Source of the DNA: Trichodelitschia bisporula
Taxonomy: Eukaryota
Assembly (NCBI GenBank): GCA_010356995.1
Contig: ML996694.1
Location: 557,224-621,223 of the forward strand
Length of the DNA: 64,000 nt
Direction of reading: 5' to 3'
A model generated the notes under the pieces. It was given only the letters and a program-made list of their open reading frames with translations, was not told the origin of the DNA and did not search any database. Positions 23,801 to 36,786 of this stretch are shown here, one piece after another; the first letter of the stretch is position 1; the number at the start of each line of letters is the position of its first letter. The position numbers were made by a program, and so were the translations under genes.

Positions 23801-26800
23801 AATTGAAAAAGAATGTGCGAAACCCAGGATTCATGAACAGCTGCGTGACGAGAGCATTCATGTAGCACGTGTTCCCAAGGTTTTTGACTCCAACGTATCC
23901 GCAAGGCGCCCTAAGCAGTTTTGTGTTGTCAATGGACCAGACTCGAGCATAGTCGAAGCAGAGATCGGTATGCTCCACGTACCCCAGCATGCGACGCTGG
24001 TTCTTGTGCGAATCCGACATGGTATAGAGCAGAATGTAAAGCGCAGAACGGGTGCTGTTCTCCAAAGCCGGGATAACTTCTTCAATCTCTTCCTCGTCCT
24101 GCGTCAAGTCGTAGTAATCCTTGAAGTCCTTGCGGTCGGGGACAGGATGAGGGAAGAGGAACTTCTCCCAAATGCTACGCGCCAGTTCGTCGGTAGGCAC
24201 TTCATCAGAGGCTTCCGGAATGTTGGAATAGCATGTCCGTAAGAGATTAGCCAATCCACATATTATTTCGTCTTTTTCATCACGGCCGACGAATTCAATA
24301 TGACGATGATCCAGAAGCAGCTTGCTCCATTGAGAAAAGTAGCTTCTCAGCGTAGCATCAGGGATTTCTGAGACCCTGCCTCCCAGCAGTTGGTTTGCAA
24401 TCACAAGCATGTCCCCACACCGCTGGGGATAGTCAATGGCGCGAGGGATGAGCCGCTCGAAAATATCCCAAAAGAAGCTGGCAAATTCGCTGACCGCGAG
24501 GTATGGCTTGCCCGGAAAGCCGGCCAATCTCAGTGTCATGGCTTGTGCTGTTTGCTGACGAACCACGGGATCCGCGTCTTCCAGAAGGAGTTTGTGATGC
24601 AGAGGAAAGAGGAGTTCATGATGGGAAAACGCGTTCCATGCAGGAGCACTGCACAGTGCAACATTGAGTAGCAGATCATAACTGTCGCGAATAGCCCGGC
24701 GGGAGCGAGTGTCACAAGACAGCTGCAGAATTGCAGGCACTCGTAGCAGAAGTGCTTCGCCATTTGAAAAAGGATCTTCTGGTGCAGAGTATTCTGACGT
24801 CGTTAGCACACAAGTCTGGGAGTGAGAATGGGTGCGTACCTTGGAGATACCCAAGGAGATACTCAGCTGCGGCTGCGCCAACCTCAAGGTGTTGAACATC
24901 ATGCTGTAGGCTGAAGATTTCATCACTCGAGAGTACGGACTCGAGCAGCCGAATACCATGACGGATGAACTGCTCGTCTATTGAACTCTGTCGTGCATTA
25001 GTATGTGACAGACAAAGATCGGGTAGGTCAGCAAGTACCGAGCGTAGCTGATCCGACAAAAGGAAGTGGAGGCAGCGCAACGAGTAGTGGATCTTAAAAA
25101 TTTGCCCCTGAGGAAAAACCCGCGAGATGTCAACTTCTGGATCGGCAATAAGTGCGCTCATTGAGTCAGGCAAAGGGAACATCTCGAGAAAGGTATAAGT
25201 CTACCAAAGTTAGCAAAGGATGTAATCGTCTCAAGGGCAACACTTGCAGCTTGACTAATACCATCCTTTCCGTCCATGTACTTGTAAAAGTCATCGAAGT
25301 GATCCATGATCTCTCGCTCGAAGGTCGTGCGCGCCTGGTAAATCGGCATGATGGGTTCCGCCCCGGCATCATTCGGCGATTCTTTTACCAGCAAAAGCCC
25401 TTTCTGATTGACACCGATATCCCGCAGCGTGCAAGTCGGCTTGTCGAGAAGTCGAATGTAGGTACCGCCCCAAATCAGCTTGAAGCTAGTGAGGCCGAGG
25501 CGGGCAAAGGCCCACTTGAGACGCCGGTGAAGCTCAACACACGTTTCCAGATCGCCAACAGCCATTTTCATCACCTCTCCATGCTGGGCACCAGTCCTCA
25601 TGACCTGGTAGCTGATAGTAACTGGGTGCCCCTTGCACGATGAAGGTTTCTCCTCCGCCGGCGGGCCAGCAACGGCAGGCTTCGGTAGCGTGAAGAACTC
25701 GGGCCGAGTGCCAATCTGATTCAGAAACACAGTCAAGAAACGTAGCGTGCGTGCGAAAAGCCGCTCATATGAGCATTGAGGTTCCGGAGAGTGGTCAGCC
25801 ATAGGTACATCTTCCGACTGCTGCTGCAAAGGACTCGCGGACCGAAGATGCGTAAAGGCAGGATCGAGGATTCCGAGGCAGCGCCTAACGACGGAGGCGT
25901 GGGTATTTTCAAGTATTTCCTTCGTGAAGCGTCGCACGAGGGAGATATCCAGGTAGGCGCCCACAATGAACCTCATCAAGGCTTCTTCGTCAGTGTGAGG
26001 GGGGGCATTGAGCATCACCCGCCACACCAAGTCTATGCTCGGAATTTCAACAATGCTGCCGTCGGAGAGTGAACTGCGAGAATCTGTGCGACGTATGTTA
26101 CTGCAAGCATGTTGCAGGCAATCGAAGAAAGTGGCCGTGTACTGCTCCGGCGGAACGGTAGGGAGGTACTCGACGTAACACCGCTCCACGAGGGGGTGCT
26201 TTTGCTGCCGCTGCATTGCAAGGGTGGACAAACGCTGCCACGTAATTTCCCTAGCTTCGGCGCGGACTGCACTGCTTCCGCCCAGTAAGTCCCAGAAGAC
26301 CTTCAGTTTCCCATCAGAAAGGGCTTCCGGTTCCATAGTCAAGAGGAATATCAAGAGGTCGATACGCGCCCCAAGAAACAATTTTAGGCGCATGATGTCC
26401 TGGTGTCCCGCTTCTTCAACATGTGCAAGGAACCTGCCGAACTCGTCCACAAGGATGCATGCGAGGTCTAGGTCTTGGATGAGATATCCAATGTCTTCGC
26501 GAGCGGCCTTCAGTACCTCATGAATGGCGTACATCGTGGACGCAGCTTCCGCGCCGCCCTTTTGTACAGTCACCGTGCATGACCTATACAATGAGTGTCT
26601 CACAGCAGGAACCGTATTTGTTGTCATACGGGACAGCGCGACAGCAGCATGACCGCGAACGTTCACCAAAGGTGGGGTGATGACAGGTGCGCTGAATGAA
26701 TCGGAAATCAAACGGATGCAGAACTTCAACGGGGCTTCGTTGAGGTCAGCGTCACTGGAGAGGCCCACATAGTCCCGTTCGAGCTTGCAGACGAAGGCCT

Positions 26801-28843
26801 CGAAGAATGAGGCAGCCTCTGCTGTGAATGTAGGAAGTGGGGCGTCGAGCAGCTTGCGACAGAGATAGATATCTTCTGCGTGCTTGGTCAAGCTGTTGAT
26901 CAAATATTGCAGCAGAGTCAGGGTGGCATTGACAACGCGCGGGTCCTGGCTTGAGATGACGGTCTGCCAGATCAGGTCCGCTTGCTGCGATGAGAACTTG
27001 TCGGTGACGACGAGAAACCCAATGACGTTGTTGCTCCGAGAAATGAGCTGCGGATGAGACTCGACACCAACAATATATTCGGCCAGCTTTGAGTCCAGAA
27101 GCATCTGGGCAAGGAATACCAGAACTTCATGAACAGGTGACAGACGTGCTGTAGAGTTCGCTCCCGCCGACGTGTTGTAGGCTGTATATGCCTGCACCAG
27201 CTCATGCTGCATAGTTTCCATACCAAGAATTCGCAAGTCCATGCGGCCTTTGGAGACGTATGTCATCATCAACTTGAGCTTCCACATCATGCCAATCAGG
27301 AAGGGGTAATGTGCCTGGAGAGAGGGTTCGGCTTGACCCGCCATTTCCACAAACATGCGCTCGGAGAAAGCTGGGTCAATGTCGCCGAGGGTTTGGATCA
27401 TGACGGCGAGCGAGTCCACGATATCCCTGCGTATTTCGACCCTGAGGGGATCTTGCTTGTTCAAGCGCTCGTTGAGTTGGCTCCGGACGTCGTAGTAGAT
27501 CTGCTGGAGATGCTGGATGTACGGCGCCCAATCACGTGCCAGCACCTCATTGGTAGAGCGCTTCGCCACTAGCGCAACGCGGGTCAAGAAGCTCGCGAGG
27601 CGGACAGTTGGAGGGAGCTTCGGCGCCAGCCGCTCGTTAGATGACAGACCCTCGCATAGAGCAGATACGAAGCGTGACAGGTGTGCAAGCCCATCAGTGG
27701 GAGGGCAGATGAAGACGTGCAACAGGTCCACCCATAATCTCTCGACGTATTCCTTGGACTCCAAGTTGACAACATTCGTGATGAACTGGTTGGAATCGTC
27801 AAAGATCGTGGCCATGATCTTCAGGTGCCTAATGGAAAGTAGGCGTTCAGGCACAGGCGTCGCCCCAGTTTCCCGTAAGGTTTGGAGGTCGACTTGCAGC
27901 AGACGCGTTACAAGCATGACGTATGAGCGCAGAAGCCCTAGAACGACGGTTCGAACCTGAGAAGCGCCGTAATCTCCCAGGGATTCGCTGCAATTGTAAG
28001 CTCAGAACTTGTCTCTGGGCGTACGACTTACGTTCGACTCAGCAGACGTTGCATGATCTTGCCGATATTATCCCACAGAGCTGAATGGCCCAGGTACAGG
28101 CTCGACCAACACTCCAGAGGGCGCTCGGCGAAGCACTCATACTGGACGTTCAGCCAATTCCTAATCTCGGTAAGGACGTTGATCTCGATACTATCGTTGT
28201 CCAAATGGTGGAGAATCAAGTTCATGGCAGACATATAGTCTCCATCCTTTTGATATGGGAAAGTGTAGATTGCATATGTGACAGGGTCGTCTTGGTCTTG
28301 GTCTTGATCGAGGCCGTCGATCTCAATACCAGCGGCGGCACCATCGTCCATCTCCTCTGGTTCGGGGGGATCGATTTCGACAACAGGGCTGGAACTCTCC
28401 CGCTGCCGCAGTGACTCGTCGTCATTGCTCATGCCGTTCAGATCAGGACCAATGATGGCATCGGCGTAAAGGCTTGATGTCGGGGACGGCACGTCCATGG
28501 AACTGAGGGACTGGGGATCGGGATCGTCCATACGATGCGGCGCCCGAAGATTGATGGTAATTTTACTAGGTGTTTGCACAGGCTGTTTGTCCGAGGGCGA
28601 GGCGGTTTGAGCTTTCATGGTGTCGTCCATGGGGAATTCGCGAGCCGACAGTCTAGGCGACGAGAATAAAACCTGATCGGCGGACTGGCTGCGCACAGTA
28701 TGGCTGCCGCTGTCAAGGCGGGGTCGCTTTCTTGTCTGGGAGTCGTCAGCGTCCTGGGTGGCGTCACGCTGGACTGTTGATGGTTCTGAGCTCGGAGCAC
28801 GTGAAGTTCGCCCACGATTGTCGGTCGGCATCGATAAGTCCAT
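20897..28843 (-). CDS. Very large ubiquitin C-terminal hydrolase (USP34/USP24-like), multi-exon
   Basis: Consecutive long minus-strand ORFs joined by short introns; Cys box GVKNLGNTCYMN, QMDVDEF, FHLKRFEFD, His box VHKGAADHGHY, WLLFDD; last exon ends at TGA 20897-20899. Confidence 0.92.
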
Positions 28844-30355
28844 CGTAATGTTTGGGCGGAGACGATGGGGAGAGGGCGATAGAAACCTGACGAGGTTGTC
28901 GTTTTGAATGGAGAGTGTAGCTTAGTTCATCGTCATGATAGATAGATGAAGATGGGCTCGAAGGTTTAGGTGTGGTGAGAGTGAGAGTTTGGGACGCGCG
29001 AGGCTTGCAGGTGAGGGACGCGAACTTTTGGGGGTGGGGGGAGGGGCGGGGGGGGGAGGGATGTGCTCTGCAAGTTCGGCAGGGTTTACCGTACGCAGTA
29101 AGCTGCTGCTGAGCAAACAGAAGTCGAAGATGACTTTTGCAATGTTTGCACGCCGAGGGTTCAGAAAGGGTGAAGAGTGGGTAGGCGGGGGTGGGAAGTG
29201 TTGGCCGGTGAGTTTGTTGCGGAGGAGTGTTGGATGGTGGGGTTTTTGGGTGGGTGGGGGGGGAGGGATACGCGGATGTGGATGTTGATGGTGTAGTTTG
29301 GTGGTAGTTTGGTGGTGGATCGGAGCTTGTAAGGTGGTTTGGATCGAGGGGGAGGAGGGGGAGACTGGGGGGGAGGACGGTGGGGGGGCGTGCGTTGATG
29401 TTCTTTGGAGGGGCAACGACGGAAGATTGAAGGAGCCGAAGAAAGAAGTGGGCAAAGGGTCCCCGGTGAAGGAAGGGAAGTTAAGTGTTAAAGTGAGGGG
29501 AGAAAAGAAGTGGAGAAGAAGGAGAAGAGAAGAGGAGGTTTGCTGGATTCACTCTTCGTGATGGGGAGGTGCAGAGAAGACGAACTGTAACCTTATGTTT
29601 TTGTCCGTTGCCTGGGCTGTAGGAGCATCCAGAGATAGGGCAGTACGGCGTGGCCTGCCTGGCGTCGTCCGGGGATGGAGGGGGTGGTGCAAGGTGGAGG
29701 AGGGGTTTGTTTGGTGCGAGGCGGCGAGCGGGTAAAATATGGGAGGGAATCTCAATAGTTGATGAGAGAGTTGATGAGAGAGAGAAGACGACAAGCCAAC
29801 AAGGCAAAGCAAGCGGCTCCGCCTTTAGAACGGAGACCGAGCGGCGAAGGTTTTTGTAGGTGAGTGGTAAGAGGAGCATGTGTGTCTACTGTACGGAGGT
29901 ACTGTACGCTCGTACGTAGGCAGCAACCCCCAAGCTCCCCTCTCTCTACTGCACCGTACCCACAGAACTTCGGTCTGGAAGCTGAAAGTGGCCCGTGCTT
30001 TACCTTCTCTTCTCCCTTTGCCGGGCGTCCTTTTTGTCGTCTCTTTTTGCCTGAGGGCTGTTGCCTTATTCCGGTCGGCCTCTACTGTACTGTCTCCAAT
30101 GATATCCAGCTCTTCCGCCTGTCAAATCACTCTCTAGGCAGATTTGCCTCAGCAATAGATGAGTATGGAGTTCCGAATGTCGGTGCCCGACAATGCGGGC
30201 GGCTGATGAACTGTACCGTATGTTGTTGTACGTCAACTCCCGCCCGTCTGATCGCTTGGCGGTCTGGCCTCTTGAAAGGAAGGGAAAGAGGGAAGTAATG
30301 CTCGACTACATACTGCAGCCGACCAAAATCCAGAAAGACAGGATTACGAAGTACT

Positions 30356-30578
30356 CAAGGACAGTGACAGTGCCCCCCGGAACTCAGTTGTGTACATCTC
30401 GTCAATGATCCAACTTCCTGCACCAAGATCATGGCATCAACCCTCATCTTTTCTGGATCCGAGCACACAACGACAGTGACAATGTCTCCGGAACGCAGTT
30501 GTGTGCGTCTCGTCAATGATCCGACTTCCTGCAACCAACCTTATGGCATCAACCTCATCTTTGCTGGATCCGAGCATA
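30356..30578. repeat. Imperfect tandem duplication, two ~111-112 bp units
   Basis: Units 30356-30467 and 30468-30578 share acagtgaca..ccggaac.cagttgtgt...tctcgtcaatgatcc.acttcctgca...atggcatcaacc..tcatcttt.ctggatccgagca. Confidence 0.9.
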
Positions 30579-31515
30579 CGTCTTCCCATCTACTTCCTCA
30601 TACAACACGCAATCTCTACTCTGGAACTAAGAGGTCACCCGTCGTCGTCTGATTTCTCAGCCGCATTGCCTCCGAATTCATAGCTGTGCAGCCGACCAAA
30701 CTATGACAGCTATCTGACGACAGAACTAATGTACGACCACGTTTTTATCGAATGCCCTACCGTTCTGGTGAATCTCGAGCGCGGAATTACGCCCGCCGAT
30801 GACCTCGTTCTGTGCTGCGACCTGGAACCTAGCGTTAATCTGACCGATATACTAATTAATATGAATAATTACCTTATTCAATATATATAATTCTTTTATT
30901 TAACATATAAGCTTAGGGCGTCGTACCGCGGGCTTGAACTCCATCAATGTAGAGAGTGACCGTCTTCGCTTAGACTCTCTTAGGGTACGTCTTGAACCTG
31001 TTTCCTGCGGCTTTTAGTTCTAAGATTGCGTTTCTGGATAGCCTGATTTTACGCGCCAGCAAGTTCAAGGCCTTATGTACAAATCTCTTGCCGAGCTTTG
31101 TGAGGATCCTGATATGCCGGCTTCCTCTTGCGTTTGATGTCAACGGCCGCACATCTCAGTCTCACCCAAGGCATAAAGCACAAAGCGCCTTGTGATATGC
31201 ATTCTTTGTTTCAACATGCATTCTGCGCCAACAGATCCTTGAAATAAATGTTTCTGCTCAAGTCACGCGCGTCAAACGACATACGGTAACCGGGAATCCT
31301 TCTTATGCGCTGCGTTCCCGACACTCACTGATGATTGCACTTTCACATGGCACGTTAAGTTGGTAGTAAGCTGATGTTCTTTCTATTCTCCAGGCTCATC
31401 TTGAGCCAACAAAGTCGCAATTCATGGGCCTAGGTATCTCCTGAACTTCAAGTCCCACGCAATGTGTCGAGACTCCAAGTTAATCCCATTTCAGTTCCGA
31501 GTCGCTCGCAGCGAC

Positions 31516-32877
31516 CTAATCCTCAAAGCTGAACTTTTCCCTTAGCGTCTTTGTAATCCTCTCGCTCTCACGCTCAGCCTCCATTCGACGCGCCACCTCC
31601 ACATTCGACTCCCTTTTCTTCTCTCGCCTCTCCCTCAAGCGCGCCCTAAGTGCATGATCCTGAATCGGCGTCTGCAACCTAGCCATGACATCGATCCTTG
31701 GCCGAGTCGCTTCCCTAGCATCCGGTATCAACGCTTGTGGACGAGACACAAAGGCAGACAATTCGGACACACTCTGATGCCTCGAGACAGGCAGTGCATC
31801 CATAGTCACACCGCCCACCACCATCGTCTTGCTCGGGATCCGAATCTCCGTCTCGCGCACTATCGGCATGAGCGCAGGATCCCTGACCAGCGGCGAGTTC
31901 TCCGGGAGTGGCTTGCGGCGAATGAGGAAGGTGGGCTTCGGGAGGCGAATGCGGGAGGCAGGCTTCGGGAGCGGCTTGTCGCCACCATCCGACGAGGGCG
32001 GGCTTACAGCGCCGGGCGGAGCCGGAAGCGACTTGTCCGCCCAAAGCATCTTCGCAGATGGCACCGCAGGAGTGTGCTTGGACAGGACCGCGCTCGACTG
32101 ACCCGATTTCGGCAACACAGGCTTGGCCTCGGCCGGCTTGTCCGCCCTCAGCTTCAAAGATGGTACCGCAGGGGTGTGCTTGGATACAACCGCACTCGAC
32201 TTACCCGATTTCGGCAACCCAGGCTTGGCCTCAGCCGGCTTGTCCTTCCGGCCGAACCTATGCAGGTAGAAGTACTGCTCTGGCGGCGGCGGGGCGAACA
32301 CATAGCGGGGAGGTGAATAGGCCTTTGGCGGGCTGCGGTTGCGGGGGCGAGTGCTGTCGGTAGGTAGCGGGAACGGCTTTTTCGGGAAGTAAGGAGTGTA
32401 AACGGTGCTCGGGAGGTTGAGAGCTGAGCTACCAGCCGAGTCAGGGGACGAGACGTGTTTCCAGTTGAAGGCGTGCCGCGAGGGCATCAGACAACTCGGG
32501 TGTCTGGTGATCGGGCTCGGGACCTCGTCGTCCCATTCAAAGAGACTCTGCGAGGGGGAACGACTCGAACGCTTGCTGCTCGGACTCGATTCCCGCGAGG
32601 CCCGTCCGCGCGGGACTGGTTTCAACGGAATCAGACTCCGCTCCCTCGTGCTCAGCCTCGGCGGGCTCGGTGTCCGCGCGCTCAGTTCTCCGGCTGCCAG
32701 AAGCGGGCGGTAGTGCATTGCGTTCGGACTCTTCAGCAGGAGCACGGTGCAGGCGGTGCAAGGCGTGATACAGGCCGATGTTTGGACCAGGTTGGCGCAT
32801 GAACCGCTCGCGTTGTGCACGCAGACCGGCGGCCGCATTGTGTGCCCGCAGCTGAAGGTGGTGGTAGTCTTACACAT
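31516..32877 (-). CDS. Hypothetical 453-aa protein: N-terminal Cys/His cluster, Pro/Ser-rich body, internal repeat, C-terminal coiled coil
   Basis: Uninterrupted ORF; MCKTTTTFSCGH..C..C..C..CTAC; duplication with 102-bp offset that keeps the frame (32056-32143 / 32158-32245). Confidence 0.75.
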   Translation of the reverse strand: MCKTTTTFSCGHTMRPPVCVHNASGSCANLVQTSACITPCTACTVLLLKSPNAMHYRPLLAAGELSARTPSPPRLSTRERSLIPLKPVPRGRASRESSPSSKRSSRSPSQSLFEWDDEVPSPITRHPSCLMPSRHAFNWKHVSSPDSAGSSALNLPSTVYTPYFPKKPFPLPTDSTRPRNRSPPKAYSPPRYVFAPPPPEQYFYLHRFGRKDKPAEAKPGLPKSGKSSAVVSKHTPAVPSLKLRADKPAEAKPVLPKSGQSSAVLSKHTPAVPSAKMLWADKSLPAPPGAVSPPSSDGGDKPLPKPASRIRLPKPTFLIRRKPLPENSPLVRDPALMPIVRETEIRIPSKTMVVGGVTMDALPVSRHQSVSELSAFVSRPQALIPDAREATRPRIDVMARLQTPIQDHALRARLRERREKKRESNVEVARRMEAERESERITKTLREKFSFED

Positions 32878-34683
32878 CTTGCCCGAGGTGCTAGCGGAGG
32901 TGCTGGCGGAGATACTGGTGCTGGACTGGAGAACCGGCTCCGATGAAAGTTGTTATCGAGCTGGAACTTGAGAGAAGTGTCCCTGGGAAAGCTGGTGGGC
33001 TGCAGTTTGGGTTTTGGAGAGCGGTTATGTAGAAGAGTGGGCAGAGTTGTGAGAGCGACGGTGATAGAGAATGTGAGGAGGAATATGAAGGCGTTGGTGA
33101 AGGTTGCGAGGCCAGTGAAATGGGAATGTGAGGCTGCGAGCACCATAGCGAATGGAAGAAGCGGCAGTGCGCTGCTAGAATGGGGGAGATGTGCAGGTCG
33201 AGAAGCCATTGTGAGTGTCTTACTGGTGTCTTGGGGCATGGGTGATCGTTGATGGGGGAAGGACATCGTGGGTATAGACAATGGACAATGGACATGGATC
33301 GAGTATTGTGATGTCTTTCTATTCAGATGCCTCTTTAGGAAGTTGAAACACGTGACATGATGTTTCTTCATTGCATCGCACCCCATCACTAGAACTAGTA
33401 CTACCTGGCGGCAGTTAGCAACAGTGATCTGTAGACGGCATACGAGACGGAGTAACGAGAATTGCTTCACGGGACGGTATTCAGTTCACACACAACTCCA
33501 TCACCCTCGCCGTCTCGTCCGGACCCTCACCAACCTGCACCTCAGACAGAGCTCACCCCGGAGTTGACCCCAGATCCCCACGGCCCACCAAGCCCCACAC
33601 AAAAGCTCCGAACGTTGGGGGGCTCACCGACATCAAAAGGCCCCGAGAGGGCGCGGCGCGGCGCCCGTATCTCGGTAACGGATGCCGCCATGACGCAGGC
33701 TTAAGCTTATGCGCGTGTGCCGTGCGTGCGTGCGTAACGGCGTACAGCCGCGCCCGAGTGCGGATTGTGTTGCTGAGCAGCTGCGCGGGGAATGGTGCTG
33801 TGGGGTTCAGGGTTATGAGGAAGGGAGCGGAGACCGAGGAGCAGGCGTGGTGACGGTGATGGGGATCCGGAGTTTGATCTGCTTGAAATATTTGGGTGAT
33901 TCGCGGCGATGGTGGAGGTTTGACGGGTCGGAATATTATGCAGTATGGACTGTGCACAAGGCGTGCACTAGTTCCACGCAGTAGGCTCGGCTGGCTATGA
34001 TTAGCGGAGGACTGGGGGCGTTTCATTCGAAGGGCTAAGTTCAGGGGGTTAGCATGTGGCACTCGCTGGGTTGGCACTGGAGAGTGAAGAGTGCAGAGAA
34101 GAGAAGAGGTGGAAGAGGTGAGGCTATTATTGATTAAGGAGGACGGATCGGAGGGGATGGTGAAGGTGGTGAAGATGATGATGATGATGAGGAAGTTGCC
34201 GGAGCATAAGGGCGGAGGATAAGGGGAGGCCCTGGGGAACAGGAGCTTTGAATCTTGTTGTTTAGCTTTGTTTCCGCCTCGTCGGGACGCCTTTTTCTTC
34301 ATCATTCTTCGCCCTCTTCTTCTTCTCCTTCCTCTTCTTCTTCTTCTTCTTCTTATTCTTCACCTCTTCTTCAACTCTTCTGTTCTTCTCTCCGAGTGGG
34401 ACTGTACTGTAAGCTTGTAGTGGAGCTTTATTCTTGGTCACTTCACCATCATCAGTAGCATCATCGTCGGCATCATCATCATCAATTCATCTCTCTCCCG
34501 CTTCCGCTTGCCTCCACACGTCTACCCGTCATCTTCCCTCCCCGGTACCTGCATGATAGCTCCACACCCCCCTGACCGCGCCGTCCCATCCCCGTCGCTC
34601 CCGTCAATGTCGTTCACGTCCCCCCCATCACTATCCCTCCGCTAAGCCTCACCCACTTCCTTCACCACCACACGACGCGTATC

Positions 34684-36786
34684 ATGAAGCGCAAATTCTC
34701 CCTCAGCCTTGGGCCTCTGGTACGCATTATGCCCGAGCAGCCTCCCCCATCTCATCCCGGTCTTGATTCCCAGCTAACAGCCAGAAAGCTCACCTCCAAG
34801 GCCGAGCACAAGGCTCTCAAGGAGGCCCTCGCCGGAAACTTCGAATACATCTCCCCGTCGCCGTCGCCGCCCGACTCACCGCTTATCGATCGCCGGCCAC
34901 TCGATGCAGTCACTGAGAGCGAATTGCGCAAGGCCTGCGCTGCCATCGTCACCGAGTATGAGGAGGACCTGCCGAAACCGACTAGGGCAGCTGCCGCGAA
35001 GGCCCTGAAGGACAAGGAGCGAGAGAGAGCACGGGAAAGAGAAAGAGAACGGGAAAAAGAACGGGAGCGTGTACGGGAACTTGAACGCGAAAGGGAAAGA
35101 GAAGGAGAGCGCGAACGGGAGAGACAACGCGAGAGGCAAAGAGAAGCAGAACGCGATGGCGACCATGACAAGGAAATTAAGGCACCGGCCCTATCGCACA
35201 TCGCCGCCGTCGCCATCAAGCACCCGCAGCGCACCTCCAGCTACGCACTACCACCCTCGACTACACAAACCATCCACATCTCCCAACCCAACAACCCGCT
35301 CACCACCCTCCCCGAAGCCCCAACCCGCAGCGCCGCTCCCCCCTCCGTCTCCCGCCCTATCGAACGGCCCTTCCCCCGCCGCACAAGCAGCATGACCAAG
35401 CCCCTCACACACCCCCCCTCATCAACCTCCACAAGCACAACAACAGCCAGCCTAACCTCCACCACCCTCTCCCCAACCACCGCCAACCCCCCCTTAAGCA
35501 CAGCACCCACCTCCCGCCCATCCTCCACCCTCCTCCTCGACGCCGACGCCTACGCCGCGGCAGCTGCCTCCGCCGACGCCGCCGCCGCAGCCTGGATGCG
35601 TGCCGAAGCCGACAAGCGCCGCATCGCCAGTCTAGAGCTGCACACCGCGCTGGCCCGGTCTTCCACCGAGCGCGCCGTGTTCTCCGGCGCTGAACCGCCT
35701 TCCCACCCTCCCTCGCGGAGCAACAGCACCTGGCGTAAGCTCATCCGCAGTGCGTCGGGGAGCAGATCCGGTTCTCGCACGGCTAGTCGGGATGGCACCG
35801 CCGCTCCCCGGGTGCGCTGGTCCGAAGATGCACCGCGCGAGATCCCCCCTCCTCAAAGCGCCCGGCACTCTCGCACATCCAGCCTGCACCGCTGGCGCTC
35901 CTGGGCCCTTGAGCGCGTGCCCTCCCGCTCCTCGATTAACCGCCCCACAAGCCAGGGCCGCGGGCGTGCACCGGCCCGCGCCTCCGTGCAGCCGCCACCG
36001 CTGGATCTCAACAGGGAATTACCCCCCCTCCCCGGGCTGGATACATGGGAGCGCGAAGCGGCAGAGCGGGCAGCGGAAGAAGAGGCACGGCTTACGCAGG
36101 CGAAAGCGGAGCGGGCTCGTGTGGAGCGGGCACGGACGGAGGAGGAGCGCGTAATGGCGCTGGAGGAGCGAGACCGTGTGCTTAGGCCTGTGCCTGGACC
36201 TGAGGGGCCAAGGCGTGCGAAGGCGGCGAGCGCGCATATTGTCTCCGTCATGCGTGCCCCGACGCCGCAACACGAATCTCGCGAGACGGAGTACCGGGTT
36301 GCGAGTGCAGTGAGGGTGACACGCGTGCAGAGTGTGAGGCGCGGGGCGGATGGGACGCCGCGCGTGCCGAGCGGGACGGCGAGTGCGAGGGTGGCAAGCC
36401 CAGTTAGTGTGGCTGAGGTACCGGTGCGCGCTACGACGCCTGGGCCGTTGACGTCAAGCCCTGTTGTTGTTGGATCGCCGGTTGCGCCGCCGGTGAACAG
36501 GAATAGTGCGCATGCGCCTATTCCTGTTGAGCGGCCTGCGACGGCGGAGGAGCCGAGTGATGGCGGAGATGAGTGGGAGGTGCAGGTGGGGGATATTACT
36601 GCTTTGCCGCCGATGCCGCCGAGGAGGGAGAGGGAGAGGGAGAGGGAGAGGGAGAAGGAGAATGTGGGGGTTGGGCATGGAGGTGCGGGTGCGGGGAAGA
36701 GGAGTAGTGGGCTTAGGAGGGTGTTGAGTACGTTTGCGCTTGGGGGGGCAGGGTTGGCGGTTGGGACTCGGGGAAGGGAGAGATAG
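34684..36786 (+). CDS. Hypothetical 700-aa low-complexity protein (RE repeats, Ser/Thr/Pro-rich)
   Basis: Long uninterrupted ORF after a CT-rich leader; RE dipeptide tracts; DLNRELPPLPGLD motif. Confidence 0.75.
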   Translation: MKRKFSLSLGPLVRIMPEQPPPSHPGLDSQLTARKLTSKAEHKALKEALAGNFEYISPSPSPPDSPLIDRRPLDAVTESELRKACAAIVTEYEEDLPKPTRAAAAKALKDKERERAREREREREKERERVRELEREREREGERERERQRERQREAERDGDHDKEIKAPALSHIAAVAIKHPQRTSSYALPPSTTQTIHISQPNNPLTTLPEAPTRSAAPPSVSRPIERPFPRRTSSMTKPLTHPPSSTSTSTTTASLTSTTLSPTTANPPLSTAPTSRPSSTLLLDADAYAAAAASADAAAAAWMRAEADKRRIASLELHTALARSSTERAVFSGAEPPSHPPSRSNSTWRKLIRSASGSRSGSRTASRDGTAAPRVRWSEDAPREIPPPQSARHSRTSSLHRWRSWALERVPSRSSINRPTSQGRGRAPARASVQPPPLDLNRELPPLPGLDTWEREAAERAAEEEARLTQAKAERARVERARTEEERVMALEERDRVLRPVPGPEGPRRAKAASAHIVSVMRAPTPQHESRETEYRVASAVRVTRVQSVRRGADGTPRVPSGTASARVASPVSVAEVPVRATTPGPLTSSPVVVGSPVAPPVNRNSAHAPIPVERPATAEEPSDGGDEWEVQVGDITALPPMPPRREREREREREKENVGVGHGGAGAGKRSSGLRRVLSTFALGGAGLAVGTRGRER

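Noticed and set aside
34170..34485. (GAT)n, (TCT)n and (CAT)n runs and the ORFs spanning them
   Set aside because: Ordinary microsatellites in a pyrimidine-rich promoter/UTR region.
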